From the NCBI GenBank assembly GCA_963817895.1, contig CAWFQB010000001.1, positions 416,001-480,000 on the forward strand: a stretch of 64,000 bases of DNA, written 5' to 3'. A program made the translations under genes and the position numbers. The stretch is from an uncultured Chthonomonadaceae bacterium. GTDB taxonomy: Bacteria; Armatimonadota; Chthonomonadetes; Chthonomonadales; Chthonomonadaceae. The notes below the pieces were generated by a model. That model made no database searches and was not told the DNA's origin. It was given only the letters and a program-made list of their open reading frames with translations. How positions within the stretch are numbered: the first letter of the stretch is position 1; each line of letters opens with the position of its first letter. Of this stretch, positions 21,617 to 31,358 are shown piece by piece.

Positions 21617-21719
21617 TATGTACCGCCTTTTTTCCTGTGAACCGGTTTGTGGATTTGCCAAGCCAAAAAACAACAGGCCGCGTGTGCAAAAAAGAGAGGA
21701 TTGGGCGAACGTTGGGGGG

Positions 21720-21926
21720 TTCTACCCTCATCCGGCCTCCGGCCACCTTCTCCCTGCAAGGGAGAAGGCTAAATTGTGAGATTGGGCGGGTTGGATGGAA
21801 CATTCCTGAACCGCGCAGGAATAAACCAATTATATGCCTAAACTAACCCCTATTCAACCCACCAGACTACCACATTAGCCTTCTCCCTTGCAGGGAGAAG
21901 GTGGCCCCCGACGGATGAGGGTAGAA
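21720..21926. repeat. Inverted pair of ~53-bp REP-like palindromic repeats (21720-21772 and 21875-21926)
   Basis: ttctaccctcatccggcc.cggccaccttctccctgcaagggagaaggctaa and its near reverse complement. Confidence 0.9.
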
Positions 21927-21951
21927 ACTTCCAACTACGGAACCCCAACCC

Positions 21952-22341
21952 ATGCCCGACGAGAAACACCTGCGCATCCAGCCCCAACTCACCGAACGCG
22001 CCCGCCAGTTTCGTCGCGCCCTGACGCCGATGGAAACACGCTTGTGGACACAGCTACGTGACCGCAAATGTGAGGGACACAAGTTCCGCCGTCAGGTCGT
22101 TCTGGACAGATATATTGCCGACTTTTACTGCGCCGCCTCCCGCCTGCTCGTGGAAGTGGACGGCAGTTCGCACAACGGCACGGTGGAACGCGACGCCATG
22201 CGTGACGAGTGGCTTGCCCTGCACGGCCACCACACCCTGCGCGTCACCAATACCGATGTGCGCGACAACCTTGAAGGCGTCCTGACCCTGATTGCGCAAA
22301 CCTGCACCCGGTTTCAGGGGGAGGATCCTGCGGAACCGTAA
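21952..22341 (+). CDS. DUF559 / Vsr-like endonuclease domain protein
   Basis: RARQFRRALTPMETRLW..LR...KFRRQ...YIADFYC...LLVEVDGSSH...RDEWL. Confidence 0.92.
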   Translation: MPDEKHLRIQPQLTERARQFRRALTPMETRLWTQLRDRKCEGHKFRRQVVLDRYIADFYCAASRLLVEVDGSSHNGTVERDAMRDEWLALHGHHTLRVTNTDVRDNLEGVLTLIAQTCTRFQGEDPAEP

Positions 22342-22343
22342 GA

Positions 22344-22543
22344 TTCTACCCTCATCCGGCCTTCGGCCACCTTCTCCCTGCAAGGGAGAAGGCTAAACTA
22401 TTCAATGGGCGGTTGAATGAGAGATGAGGGAGACTGTAAGCAATCCACACATCTGAAACAACTTTCTAACCAACCCACCAGACTACCACCTTAGCCTTCT
22501 CCCTTGCAGGGAGAAGGTGGGCGAAGCCCGGATGAGGGTAGAA
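22344..22543. repeat. Second inverted pair of the same REP-like repeat (22344-22396 and 22491-22543)
   Basis: Near-identical to the pair at 21720-21926; both reverse copies are preceded by caacccaccagactaccac. Confidence 0.9.
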
Positions 22544-22552
22544 GCCCCCGCC

Positions 22553-24061
22553 TCACGCCGAGGCTTTCAGCAGACTCCGAAGCCGTTCCAGCCCCTGCTG
22601 AATGTCGGTTTCCAGTTCCGCGAGTTCGTCCAGAAGCTGTTCCGGCGGGTCGTAGGCGACGGCGGTTTGGGTCACTTCGCGGTAGCGGTTCAGACTCAGG
22701 TCGTAGTTTTTGGCGGCGATGTCGGCTTTGGGAACGCAAAACGATTGCTCGGCGCGGGTTCGGGGCGCTTCGTTTGTTCGGTTCCGCCAGCGGCTCAGAA
22801 TGTCGGGCAGGTTGTTGTTGCCGTGTTTTGTCGTGTCCAGCGGAACGCGCTTGTCATCCAGAGAAAACCCGTCCGCCTGCATGTCGTAGAACCAGACGGT
22901 TTCCGTGCCGCCGGAATTGGTTTTGGTGAAGAGGAGAATGGCGGTGGAAACGCCCGCGTATGGCTTGAACACGCCGGACGGCATCGAAATCACCGCATCC
23001 AGTTTCTGGTCTTCCACGAGGATACGCCGCAGCGCTTTGTGCGCGGTGGACGAACCGAACAAAACGCCGTCCGGCACGATAATCGCCGCCCGCCCGCCGG
23101 GTTTGAGCAGCCGCAAAAACAGAGCCAGAAACAGCAGTTCGGTCTTTTTGGTTTTCACAATCCGCAGCAGGTCTTTGGCGCAGTTCGACTCGTCCAGCGA
23201 CCCGGCAAACGGCGGATTGGCGAGTATCAGCGTGTAATGCTCGTCTTCCCCCGCGTGTTCCTCGGCGAGCGAATCTTTGTAGCGGATGTTGGGGTTTTCA
23301 ATGCCGTGCAGCGCCAGATTCATGCTGCCGATACGCAGCATCGTGTTGTCGAAATCGAAGCCGTTGAACAGCGTCTCGTTGAAATGATGCAGGCGCGTCG
23401 CGTCCGTAAAAATTTCCGGGTGCGTTTCGCGCAGATACTCGCCCGTCGCCACCAAAAATCCGCCCGTTCCGCAGGCCGGGTCGCACACAATGTCGTCCGG
23501 GCGCGGCGCGGTCATGTCCACCATCAGGCGAATGATATGGCGAGGCGTCCGAAACTGCCCGTTCTGCCCCGCGCTCGCGATTTTGCCGAGCATGTACTCA
23601 TACACGTCGCCTTTGGTGTCTCGGTCCTCCATCGGAACATGGTCGAGCATATCCACGACGCGCGCCAGCAGCGGGGGCGTGGGAATGGTAAAGCGGGCGT
23701 CCCGCATGTGGCGGGCATACGTCGAGTCTTCCCGCTCACTTTGCAGGTTGCGGATAAACGGGAACACGCCGTCCCCAACCGTCTCGAACATCGTTGCAGC
23801 CTCAAAATGCTTGAAGCGCGACCAGCGCAGGTTCTCGTAAGGAACGCCCCTGTCCGTTTCACCTTCAGGGAAAATGCGGCCTTCAAGGGGACGGTTCAGC
23901 CGGTTGGCTTTCCGCTCCTGCGCCGTGTGCAGTTCGTCCAGCCGCTTGATAAACAGCAGGTACGTGATCTGCTCCATCACTTCGAGGGGATTGGCAATAC
24001 CGCCCGACCAGAAGGCGTCCCAGATGCGGTCAATCTGACTTTTGAGTTCTCCGGTAATCAT
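22553..24061 (-). CDS. hsdM: Type I RM methyltransferase subunit
   Basis: GQFRTP, DPACGTGGFL, NPPF, VPDGVLFG. Confidence 0.97.
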   Translation of the reverse strand: MITGELKSQIDRIWDAFWSGGIANPLEVMEQITYLLFIKRLDELHTAQERKANRLNRPLEGRIFPEGETDRGVPYENLRWSRFKHFEAATMFETVGDGVFPFIRNLQSEREDSTYARHMRDARFTIPTPPLLARVVDMLDHVPMEDRDTKGDVYEYMLGKIASAGQNGQFRTPRHIIRLMVDMTAPRPDDIVCDPACGTGGFLVATGEYLRETHPEIFTDATRLHHFNETLFNGFDFDNTMLRIGSMNLALHGIENPNIRYKDSLAEEHAGEDEHYTLILANPPFAGSLDESNCAKDLLRIVKTKKTELLFLALFLRLLKPGGRAAIIVPDGVLFGSSTAHKALRRILVEDQKLDAVISMPSGVFKPYAGVSTAILLFTKTNSGGTETVWFYDMQADGFSLDDKRVPLDTTKHGNNNLPDILSRWRNRTNEAPRTRAEQSFCVPKADIAAKNYDLSLNRYREVTQTAVAYDPPEQLLDELAELETDIQQGLERLRSLLKASA

Positions 24062-24380
24062 AGCCCTTTATTCGCCGCCCGCCCGCCGGATTCATGCCGC
24101 GAATCCATGACAACGCAGAAAGAATAGCCGCGAATGAACGCGAATGAACGCAAACTGCGCCAAATTCGGCTAAAATATACTGGTGGAATGGCGAATAAAA
24201 GGATTCCACAGAACATTTGGCGAATAACGCTGTCAAAGGAGTTGCGCCGCCGTCCGCGTCCGGCGTTGCGTCGCTCCCCGTCGCGCCCTTTTGAACGTCT
24301 TGAACGTTATGCAACGCCCTGAACGCCGACAATCGCGCGCTTTCTGCGCCCGATTGTCTCGCACCCAATGGAGGAACCGT

Positions 24381-25220
24381 ATGCTGAACTCTCGTTTTAC
24401 CCGCCTGGGACTTGCCCTGGCGACCCTGCTGACCGCGCTTTCCCTGTGGAGCCGGCCCGCGCAGGCAACCCCCGCCTTCGCCAAGAAAGAGATGAAGGAG
24501 TGTAACTACTGCCACGTCAATCCGGGCGGCCCCCGCAACTTCCGGGGCAAGTTCTACAAGGCGCACGGCCTGTCATTCGCCGACTTCGACAACATCTATG
24601 AGGCCAAACTCGCGGGCGTGACGGACGCCAACGCGATGGGCGGCGATGCCAAACCCACCGTGACCGGCTACCCGAACGTGAAAACCGATGTGTCCGACCT
24701 GCTCAAGTACACCATGAAAGACATTGACGGCAAGCCGGTGAACCTCGCCCGCTATCAGGGCGATGTCATTATGATCGTCAACGTCGCGTCCAAGTGCGGC
24801 AACACGCCCCAGTACAAGGCGCTTCAAAAGATGTACGATGACAACAAAGACAAGGGCTTTGTCATTCTCGGCTTCCCGTCCAACGACTTCGGCGGGCAGG
24901 AACCGGGCAATGAGAAAGAGATCAAGCAGTTCTGCACCGACCTGTACAAAGTGACCTTCCCGATGTTCTCCAAAATCGTGGTCAAAGGCGACGACACCGC
25001 CCCGCTGTACAAGTACCTGCTCGATGAGAAGACTGATCCGAAATTCGCCAAACCGATTGACTGGAACTTCGCCAAGTTTCTGGTCAACCGCAAGGGCGAA
25101 GTGATTGCCCGCTTCCCCGCCAAAATGTCTCCCAATGATCCTTCCATCGTCAGCGCGGTGGAAAAAGCGGTTAAAGAAGTCGAAGCCCGAAGAAAAGGCC
25201 GCTTCCGCCAACGTATTTAA
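24381..25220 (+). CDS. Exported glutathione-peroxidase-family protein with N-terminal CxxCH (haem c-type) domain
   Basis: Signal peptide ending AQA, ECNYCH, then VNVASKCG, GFPSNDFGGQEPG, WNFAKFLV; GGAGG RBS. Confidence 0.9.
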   Translation: MLNSRFTRLGLALATLLTALSLWSRPAQATPAFAKKEMKECNYCHVNPGGPRNFRGKFYKAHGLSFADFDNIYEAKLAGVTDANAMGGDAKPTVTGYPNVKTDVSDLLKYTMKDIDGKPVNLARYQGDVIMIVNVASKCGNTPQYKALQKMYDDNKDKGFVILGFPSNDFGGQEPGNEKEIKQFCTDLYKVTFPMFSKIVVKGDDTAPLYKYLLDEKTDPKFAKPIDWNFAKFLVNRKGEVIARFPAKMSPNDPSIVSAVEKAVKEVEARRKGRFRQRI

Positions 25221-25311
25221 CCGCGCGCTGGCCGTCCACTTCTAAGTTTCCGTGTAAAATTTGACGCCTGTGACGTATCTCACACCGAGGCTGTGACAGG
25301 TTGCAATGACA

Positions 25312-25368
25312 AAACAACAAAGCTCGCGCATAATAGACCTATCCTATTATGCGCGGGCTTTGTTGTTT
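25312..25368. terminator. Long hairpin, probable bidirectional terminator
   Basis: aaacaacaaagctcgcgcataatag / ctattatgcgcgggctttgttgttt. Confidence 0.6.
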
Positions 25369-25445
25369 GACCGGGGTTCTAATGCAGCACAATATGCCCC
25401 CGCCCGCAATGTCATTCACTTGCGCTCACATTCGCTTCTGCCGTT

Positions 25446-25784
25446 ATGCAGATTTACCGGGAGTTGATTCTCATGTACCACACCACTGCTGAACCGAAAG
25501 CCCTGCCGCTGTCCAGAGAAGAAACATTGGCGCTGCTGGATTTGTGCCTGAATAGCGGTCTGGAAATGCAGCCCGCCCATGAGCAGGCGTTGAGCAAATT
25601 GGGCGACCTGGCGCGCAGTTACATGGCGGAAGAGACACGCGCCGAATCCGCCCCCGCGCCTGTCGCCGAACACAATGGACACGAACACGGCTATACCGCG
25701 CCTGCCCGCCTGACCTTCTGGAGCCGAGGTTCCCTCCGCCCGCGCCTGCGCAGTATGCCGGTGGGAGGGGAGATGAGTAGATGA
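25446..25784 (+). CDS. Hypothetical protein
   Basis: 112-aa ORF with host-like codon usage; start uncertain. Confidence 0.6.
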   Translation: MQIYRELILMYHTTAEPKALPLSREETLALLDLCLNSGLEMQPAHEQALSKLGDLARSYMAEETRAESAPAPVAEHNGHEHGYTAPARLTFWSRGSLRPRLRSMPVGGEMSR

Positions 25785-25883
25785 GTAGATGAGTAGATGG
25801 GTAGAAATTTCTGTCTTTTACAGTTTTGTGCTATAACAATACAGGCTACCCATCTACCGACCTACCCATCTACTCATCTACCT

Positions 25884-26783
25884 ATGAATACTTTCAACGC
25901 CGTAATCACCCATAACGTCGCGCCGATGCGGGCGGAGCCGAACGGAAGCAGCGAGCAGGTCAGCCAGGCGATCTGGGGCGACAACGCGCTGCGGCTTGCC
26001 CGCGAGGGCGAGTATGTCCGCATACGGACAGCGGACGCTTACGAGGGGTGGGTATGGGAGCGGCATTTGCGCCCGTTCGATCCGGCATTGCCGTCCGAAG
26101 AACAACAGTGGCCGTTCGGGCAACAGGTGGGGCAGGCGCATTGCGTCACGGCGGATTTCGCGGTTTTGCGTAATCAGGCCGGAAACGACGCCGCGCAAAC
26201 TTCCAAACTGGTGTTCGGAACATGGGTTCAAACGCCCCTGACGGAACGCCCGAAAGCAGCGGGAGGATTGTTGGTTCAACTGCCCATCGGCTGGCAGGCG
26301 GAAGACGCGGGGCGAGTACAGGCGGGATATGTGCAAGCGGAAACCGTCCATTCTCTCGCCAATTGGCCGTATCCGCGCGAATGGGACGGGGAAGCGGCCT
26401 GTCAGTTAGCCCGCCGGTTTCTCGGCACTCCCTATCTCTGGGGCGGCACAACGCCGTTCGGCTTCGACTGCTCCGGCTTTGCGCAACGAATTTATGCCAC
26501 ATTTGGCGTGACATTGCCCCGCGACGCTTACATGCAGGCCGCGTCGGAATTGGGGACGCGCCTGGACGTGGATGTTCCCGCGCAGGCGGGCGATCTGGTC
26601 TTTTTCGGCGGGCGCAGCGACCCGCGCAAACGCGGCATCACCCATGTCGGCATGGCGTTAAGCGAACATTTCTTTATCCATGCCGTCGGCAAAGAGGGCG
26701 TTATCATCACTCCGTTCGACGATCCGTACTATGCCGCGCAGTATGCGTATTGCGGCGCGTGGCGTTGCGCGTTACAGATATAA
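25884..26783 (+). CDS. NlpC/P60 cell-wall peptidase with SH3-like N-terminus
   Basis: GTPYLWGG...GFDCSG...LPRDA.MQ...GDLVFF...HVGM...FIHA. Confidence 0.92.
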   Translation: MNTFNAVITHNVAPMRAEPNGSSEQVSQAIWGDNALRLAREGEYVRIRTADAYEGWVWERHLRPFDPALPSEEQQWPFGQQVGQAHCVTADFAVLRNQAGNDAAQTSKLVFGTWVQTPLTERPKAAGGLLVQLPIGWQAEDAGRVQAGYVQAETVHSLANWPYPREWDGEAACQLARRFLGTPYLWGGTTPFGFDCSGFAQRIYATFGVTLPRDAYMQAASELGTRLDVDVPAQAGDLVFFGGRSDPRKRGITHVGMALSEHFFIHAVGKEGVIITPFDDPYYAAQYAYCGAWRCALQI

Positions 26784-27061
26784 ATACCCCTGTCAAAAGG
26801 CCGGGAACGGCATCCGAAAACGGCCTGACCACGCGCATCCAGACGATCTCCTCACTGGCATGAAGATGCTTGCGGCTTTTGCGCATCCTCACCTTCTGTT
26901 GTGACCGGCCCAAACGCGCCTTCCCTCCCCAACCCGGCGGTACTTGACCGTGATTTGCGCTGCCCCGCCGAAGCGCGGGCGCTGATAGAGGACGGCGGCG
27001 CGGGTATAATGAATACTCATTTAGCCGCCATGTTGCCGAATTAACGGGAGGAGAACAAAGC

Positions 27062-27877
27062 ATGCTCACTGAAGAACAGATTGCGGAGTTTCACGAGAAG
27101 GGTTATTTGCAGGTTGGGCGCGTCATCAGCGACGAGCAGGCGGACGCCCTGCGCGAACGGATGTTTGCCGTGATGGAGGGGCGTTCCGCGTCGCAGCCCG
27201 AATCCCTGCGCAACCTGAACGGGCAGCGGGAAAACGTTGTCGTGCAGATCGTCAATATATGGGAGGCCGATGGGCTGTTCCGCGCCCATCTGTACGAGCC
27301 GGACATGACCGAAATGGTGGCGGAAGTTATCGGTACGGATACGCTGCGATTGTGGCACGATCAGGTGCAGTACAAACCGCCCCGCGTGGGCGGGCCGACG
27401 GACTGGCATCAGGATCATCCCTACTGGCCGATTATTCAGCCCGCCGATCTGGTCAGCGCATGGGTGGCTTTGGACGACGCGGACGAAGAAAACGGCTGCA
27501 TGTGGATGGTTCCGGGCAGCCACAAATGGGGGCCGCACAAGGGCGGAACGATTGGCACGAACCGCGACGACTTTTCGCCCGCGCCCGACCTGAGCCTGCT
27601 TCCTGAAGGCATCAATGTCACGCCCGTTCCCATGCCCGTCAAGAAGGGACACGCCGGACTGCATCATTGCCTGACGTGGCACGGCAGCCCGCCCAACCGC
27701 TCGGAGCGGGGCCGTCCCGCGATTGCCGTCCACTATATGCCGGGTTACACGCGCTACGAAAAAGACCCGCGCCGCACCCATCTTGTGGAACACAATGTCG
27801 AAGTCGCGCCGGGAGAAATCTTGCAAGGTAAGCATTTCCCCACCGTCTACGAGAATGGGCATCCGCTTACGCCGTGA
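27062..27877 (+). CDS. Phytanoyl-CoA dioxygenase family (Fe/2-oxoglutarate) protein
   Basis: WHQD, WVALDD..EENGC...PGSH, HGSPPNRS. Confidence 0.92.
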   Translation: MLTEEQIAEFHEKGYLQVGRVISDEQADALRERMFAVMEGRSASQPESLRNLNGQRENVVVQIVNIWEADGLFRAHLYEPDMTEMVAEVIGTDTLRLWHDQVQYKPPRVGGPTDWHQDHPYWPIIQPADLVSAWVALDDADEENGCMWMVPGSHKWGPHKGGTIGTNRDDFSPAPDLSLLPEGINVTPVPMPVKKGHAGLHHCLTWHGSPPNRSERGRPAIAVHYMPGYTRYEKDPRRTHLVEHNVEVAPGEILQGKHFPTVYENGHPLTP

Positions 27878-27979
27878 GTGGGTGATTGGTGGCTGGTTAT
27901 AGACGCGGCACTGCTTGAAACAAAATCTTCGTCTCCTTCCGTATAGGCGATAATTGGAAGAATGGAGGGATAACGAGCG

Positions 27980-28903
27980 ATGTTGACGTGGTTACGGTAT
28001 CTTGATCGCGTGATACGAGGGGAAGCGACCCGGCCCGCCGCGCTGTGAAACGGGGAGATTGAGCAGCCTGTCGGTGGGCTGGCGGTTCTGGGCATCATTT
28101 TGGGCGCGATTTACGGCATCTGCATGGGGTGTTACGCGCTGTTTCAGGGGGGACACGCGCCGGTTTTGCAGGTGTTCGCCACCACCCTGAAAGTGCCGAT
28201 CCTGTTCTTCCTCACGCTTGCCGTGACGTTTCCTTCCCTGTATGTGTTCAACGCCCTTGTCGGGTCGCGGCTATCCGTGTTGTCCGTGCTGCGGCTATTG
28301 GTAATTTCGCTGATCGTGATGCTGACCGTGCTTGCATCCCTCGGCCCGATTGTGGCCTTTTTCGCCGCCAGCACGACCAGTTACCCGTTTATGCTGCTGC
28401 TCAACGTCCTGATTTTCACCATTGCGGGCTTTCTCGGTTTGCGCTACATGCTGATGACGCTGCACCGCCTGAGTCTCGCCATTGTGGACTCCATTCCCGC
28501 TTCGGCTTCCACGCCGACGCAGCTTGTCACGCCCTCTTCGCCGCCCATCATGGATTTGCCCGGTTCGTTCCAGACGCCGGAACCCGCGCCGCCTGTCGCG
28601 TCTGCTTCATCACCTCTAAATCCCAACGCGCCCGCGCCGTTCCCATCTGCCCCAACCTATGCGCCCGGATTGCCCAAAACGCCGCCGAGCGCGCTGGATA
28701 ATATGGCAGGCAGTCTCATCAGCAAGGATGTAAGAACGGTGTTTCGGGTCTGGATCGTGGTTTTCGGACTGGTGGGCGCGCAAATGGCGTGGGTACTGCG
28801 CCCGTTCCTCGGTTCGCCGCAGCATGTCTTCTCGTGGTTCCGTCCCCGCGAATCCAACTTCTTCGAGGCACTGCTGTATGCCCTGTCACATTTATTTAGG
28901 TAA
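27980..28903 (+). CDS. Multi-pass membrane protein (YIP1-like) with an in-frame TGA at 28046
   Basis: ATG 27980 with RBS is in frame with ORF 28100..28903; KVPILF...PSLYVFN, QMAWVLRPF motifs shared with the next gene. Confidence 0.75.
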
Positions 28904-28982
28904 GTAGGTAAATAGGCTGTTAGGTTGTTAGGTTGTTAGGTTAGCAGGAGTTGAAGTAATAGGATTAGGGGAATAAGGAACG

Positions 28983-29711
28983 ATGAATAAGCGGGCGGGT
29001 ACAATTTCATCCTTCATTCTTCATCCTTCATCCTTTGTGGCCTCCTTTCTGCATCGCGCCGATCTGGTGGTGAGGGGTGATTTGCGGCTGGTGGAGGCCG
29101 CTGCTGTCCGGCAGACGTTGGCGCAGTTGTTCTGGCTGGTGGCCTGCTTCGGCTGTTTGTACGGCGCGGCGATGGGCACGTTCGGGGGCATCGGGGACGG
29201 GCGCATTTTGCAGGTGTTTTATTCCGCCTTCAAAGTTCCCCTGCTGTTGCTGGTAACATTTGCGCTCAGTTTGCCCAGTTTTTTCGTTTTCAACACGCTG
29301 TACGGATTGGGAGGGGATTGGCCGCAAACCATTCGCGCGCTGCTGGCGGGGCAGGCGGGCGTGACCATTCTGCTCGCTTCGCTTGCGCCCATCACCCTGC
29401 TGTGGAACGCGGGAACCAACGGCCATAACGCGACCGTCCTGTTCAATGCGGCCATGTTCGGAGTGGCGACGTGGGGCGGGCAAATCCTGCTGCGCCGCTA
29501 CTACCGCGTTTTGCTGGCGCGCGACGCCCGACACCGGCAGATGCTGCGTTTGTGGGGCGTCTTGTATACGTTTGTGGGCATTCAGATGGGCTGGATTTTG
29601 CGCCCCTTCATCGGCGACCTGAACAAGCCCGTCGCGTTCTTCCGCGAAGATACATGGGGCAATGCGTACATCATTGTGCTTGAAATGATCCGCCGCATGG
29701 TGATAAAATGA
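28983..29711 (+). CDS. Multi-pass membrane protein, paralog of the upstream gene
   Basis: KVPLLL...PSFFVFN, QMGWILRPFIG. Confidence 0.8.
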   Translation: MNKRAGTISSFILHPSSFVASFLHRADLVVRGDLRLVEAAAVRQTLAQLFWLVACFGCLYGAAMGTFGGIGDGRILQVFYSAFKVPLLLLVTFALSLPSFFVFNTLYGLGGDWPQTIRALLAGQAGVTILLASLAPITLLWNAGTNGHNATVLFNAAMFGVATWGGQILLRRYYRVLLARDARHRQMLRLWGVLYTFVGIQMGWILRPFIGDLNKPVAFFREDTWGNAYIIVLEMIRRMVIK

Positions 29712-30550
29712 ATGCGTTGATGTTCAGGTGTTCAGGTGGGATATTGTTGAAGAATGGTTTTGCGGGGATACAGACAGACGGTAATCATTCCGTTGCTTTC
29801 ATCGAGAATGTTGCCGATTCTGCGCGTGAGCATGAAGTTCAACAGGCGATTGCCCGACTGCGGCGTGAAAGCCGATGGTATCTGCTGCGCGTGGTCGGGA
29901 GTATGGGCTGCGCGTTGCTGGCGTTCGTCTCGGTCTTTCTGGCGGTAGCCCCTACGTCCGCGCGTGAACCGAATGTAGCCTTGCTGGTAGGCTGCGTGTT
30001 GTGCATGATTGTCTGCGGCATCCTGATTCCCCATTCGGACAGCAAACCTCTGGCGGTACTGGCGGAAGCGCCGGACGTAACCATGATTGCCCCCCTGCTG
30101 GAAGTTCTGGAGGCCGCCCCCGAAGCCCGAGCGCGGAAGATACACGCGCTGCTCACCCTTCTGCTGCCACAAATAAGCGCAACAGACGCGGTTTTGCTGA
30201 ACAGGCGGCAGCGCCGCGTTTTGTACGACGCGCTGCTGTTGGGCGACGCTGACCGCGAACTGGACTATCTACAGGCGGTCTTGCAGGCGGTTACGCAAAT
30301 CGGGGATACGGAAGTTCTGACCTGCCTGCGGCAACTCGTTCAGCGCGGGGCTGTGACGGACGGGCAGCAGAGTCTGTTCGAGGCGGCTTCGGAGTGTCTG
30401 CGCATAGTGGAAGCGCGGCAGGCGCATCAGCATATCCACGATAGCCTGCTGCGCGCGTCCGCTGCCGAAGAATCCGCTGCCGAACTGCTCCGCGCCGCCC
30501 AATCCACATTAGAAACCTCGCCGCAAACTCTTCTGCGCCCCGGACAGTAA
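29708..30550 (+). CDS. Hypothetical membrane protein with helical (HEAT-like) C-terminal region
   Basis: Two hydrophobic helices, Leu-rich helices, repeated LLR(A/P) tail. Confidence 0.65.
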   Translation: MNALMFRCSGGILLKNGFAGIQTDGNHSVAFIENVADSAREHEVQQAIARLRRESRWYLLRVVGSMGCALLAFVSVFLAVAPTSAREPNVALLVGCVLCMIVCGILIPHSDSKPLAVLAEAPDVTMIAPLLEVLEAAPEARARKIHALLTLLLPQISATDAVLLNRRQRRVLYDALLLGDADRELDYLQAVLQAVTQIGDTEVLTCLRQLVQRGAVTDGQQSLFEAASECLRIVEARQAHQHIHDSLLRASAAEESAAELLRAAQSTLETSPQTLLRPGQ

Positions 30551-30715
30551 ATTGAATACCCAAACACCTGAAAACGCCCCTTCATAAACACTATGAAAGG
30601 GGCATTTTGTCCGACAGAAAAGATGGAATTGTAAAACGTTCACCACTGCCGGAGAAATGAGGAACGCAAGTAATGTACCTGAACGCGCGAGAGCAAACAT
30701 GACGCGCGCCGTTTG

Positions 30716-31060
30716 CTATGGCTCTTTTGCGCCGTTGCGTTTGAGAAAGGCGACCATTTGCGGGCCGTTGTAGTGTTTCGCGTAGTTGAGCATCGTGCCG
30801 CCATGCTTGTCTTTGTGGTTGACATCGGCTCCATGCGCCAGCAGCACTTGGGCCGTGTCGAAATGCAGGCCACTCGTGGCATTGGCAAGCGGGGTCTCTC
30901 CGCTCTGATCAACAGCGTCCACGTTGTCTTTAACAGCCAGCGCCAGCGCGTGGTCGAGACGCGCCTGCTGCCACCGTCGATACGTCATTCCCACCGGAAG
31001 CGCGAGAAGAAGAAGCAACCCCAAACAGGCGGCAAGCAGGGCGCGAAATTTACGGTTCAT
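30716..31060 (-). CDS. Short ankyrin-repeat protein with N-terminal membrane anchor
   Basis: GETPLANA...LLAHGADVNHKDKHGGTMLNYA...LKRNGAK. Confidence 0.8.
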   Translation of the reverse strand: MNRKFRALLAACLGLLLLLALPVGMTYRRWQQARLDHALALAVKDNVDAVDQSGETPLANATSGLHFDTAQVLLAHGADVNHKDKHGGTMLNYAKHYNGPQMVAFLKRNGAKEP

Positions 31061-31358
31061 GAGCAGAAGTCTCCACGTCAATGCGGCGCGTCGCAATTCA
31101 CACAGTCCACACGCATTATATCAAAACCGGGCAGATTCAACAAGCGCAATCCTGTATAAAGCGATTTTAGCCCTGAGTTTTTGATTTTCCCCGCCAATAA
31201 TACTGGTGTAGGCTGCGGCTGAAAACAGAGGAATTGGGCCTGCCGGAAACATTCGCGCCGTCCCGAATTCCATTTTTACGCTTCCTCCTGATTGATGCCG
31301 GAGTCTCTTCCCAATCCGGGCGGACAACGGCTTGCCACCCGTTCAGAAAGCAAACCCC

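Noticed and set aside
21720..22543. CRISPR array
   Set aside because: Repeats alternate in orientation, are ~53 bp with irregular spacing, and no cas genes are present.
22517..24127. 536-aa plus-strand ORF and similar long antisense ORFs (e.g. 9278..10327, 27041..27862, 63200..63994)
   Set aside because: Shadow ORFs opposite well-supported genes, expected in GC-rich DNA.
28046..28048. Selenocysteine codon
   Set aside because: No redox-motif context, no Cys at the equivalent region of the paralog and no evident SECIS hairpin.
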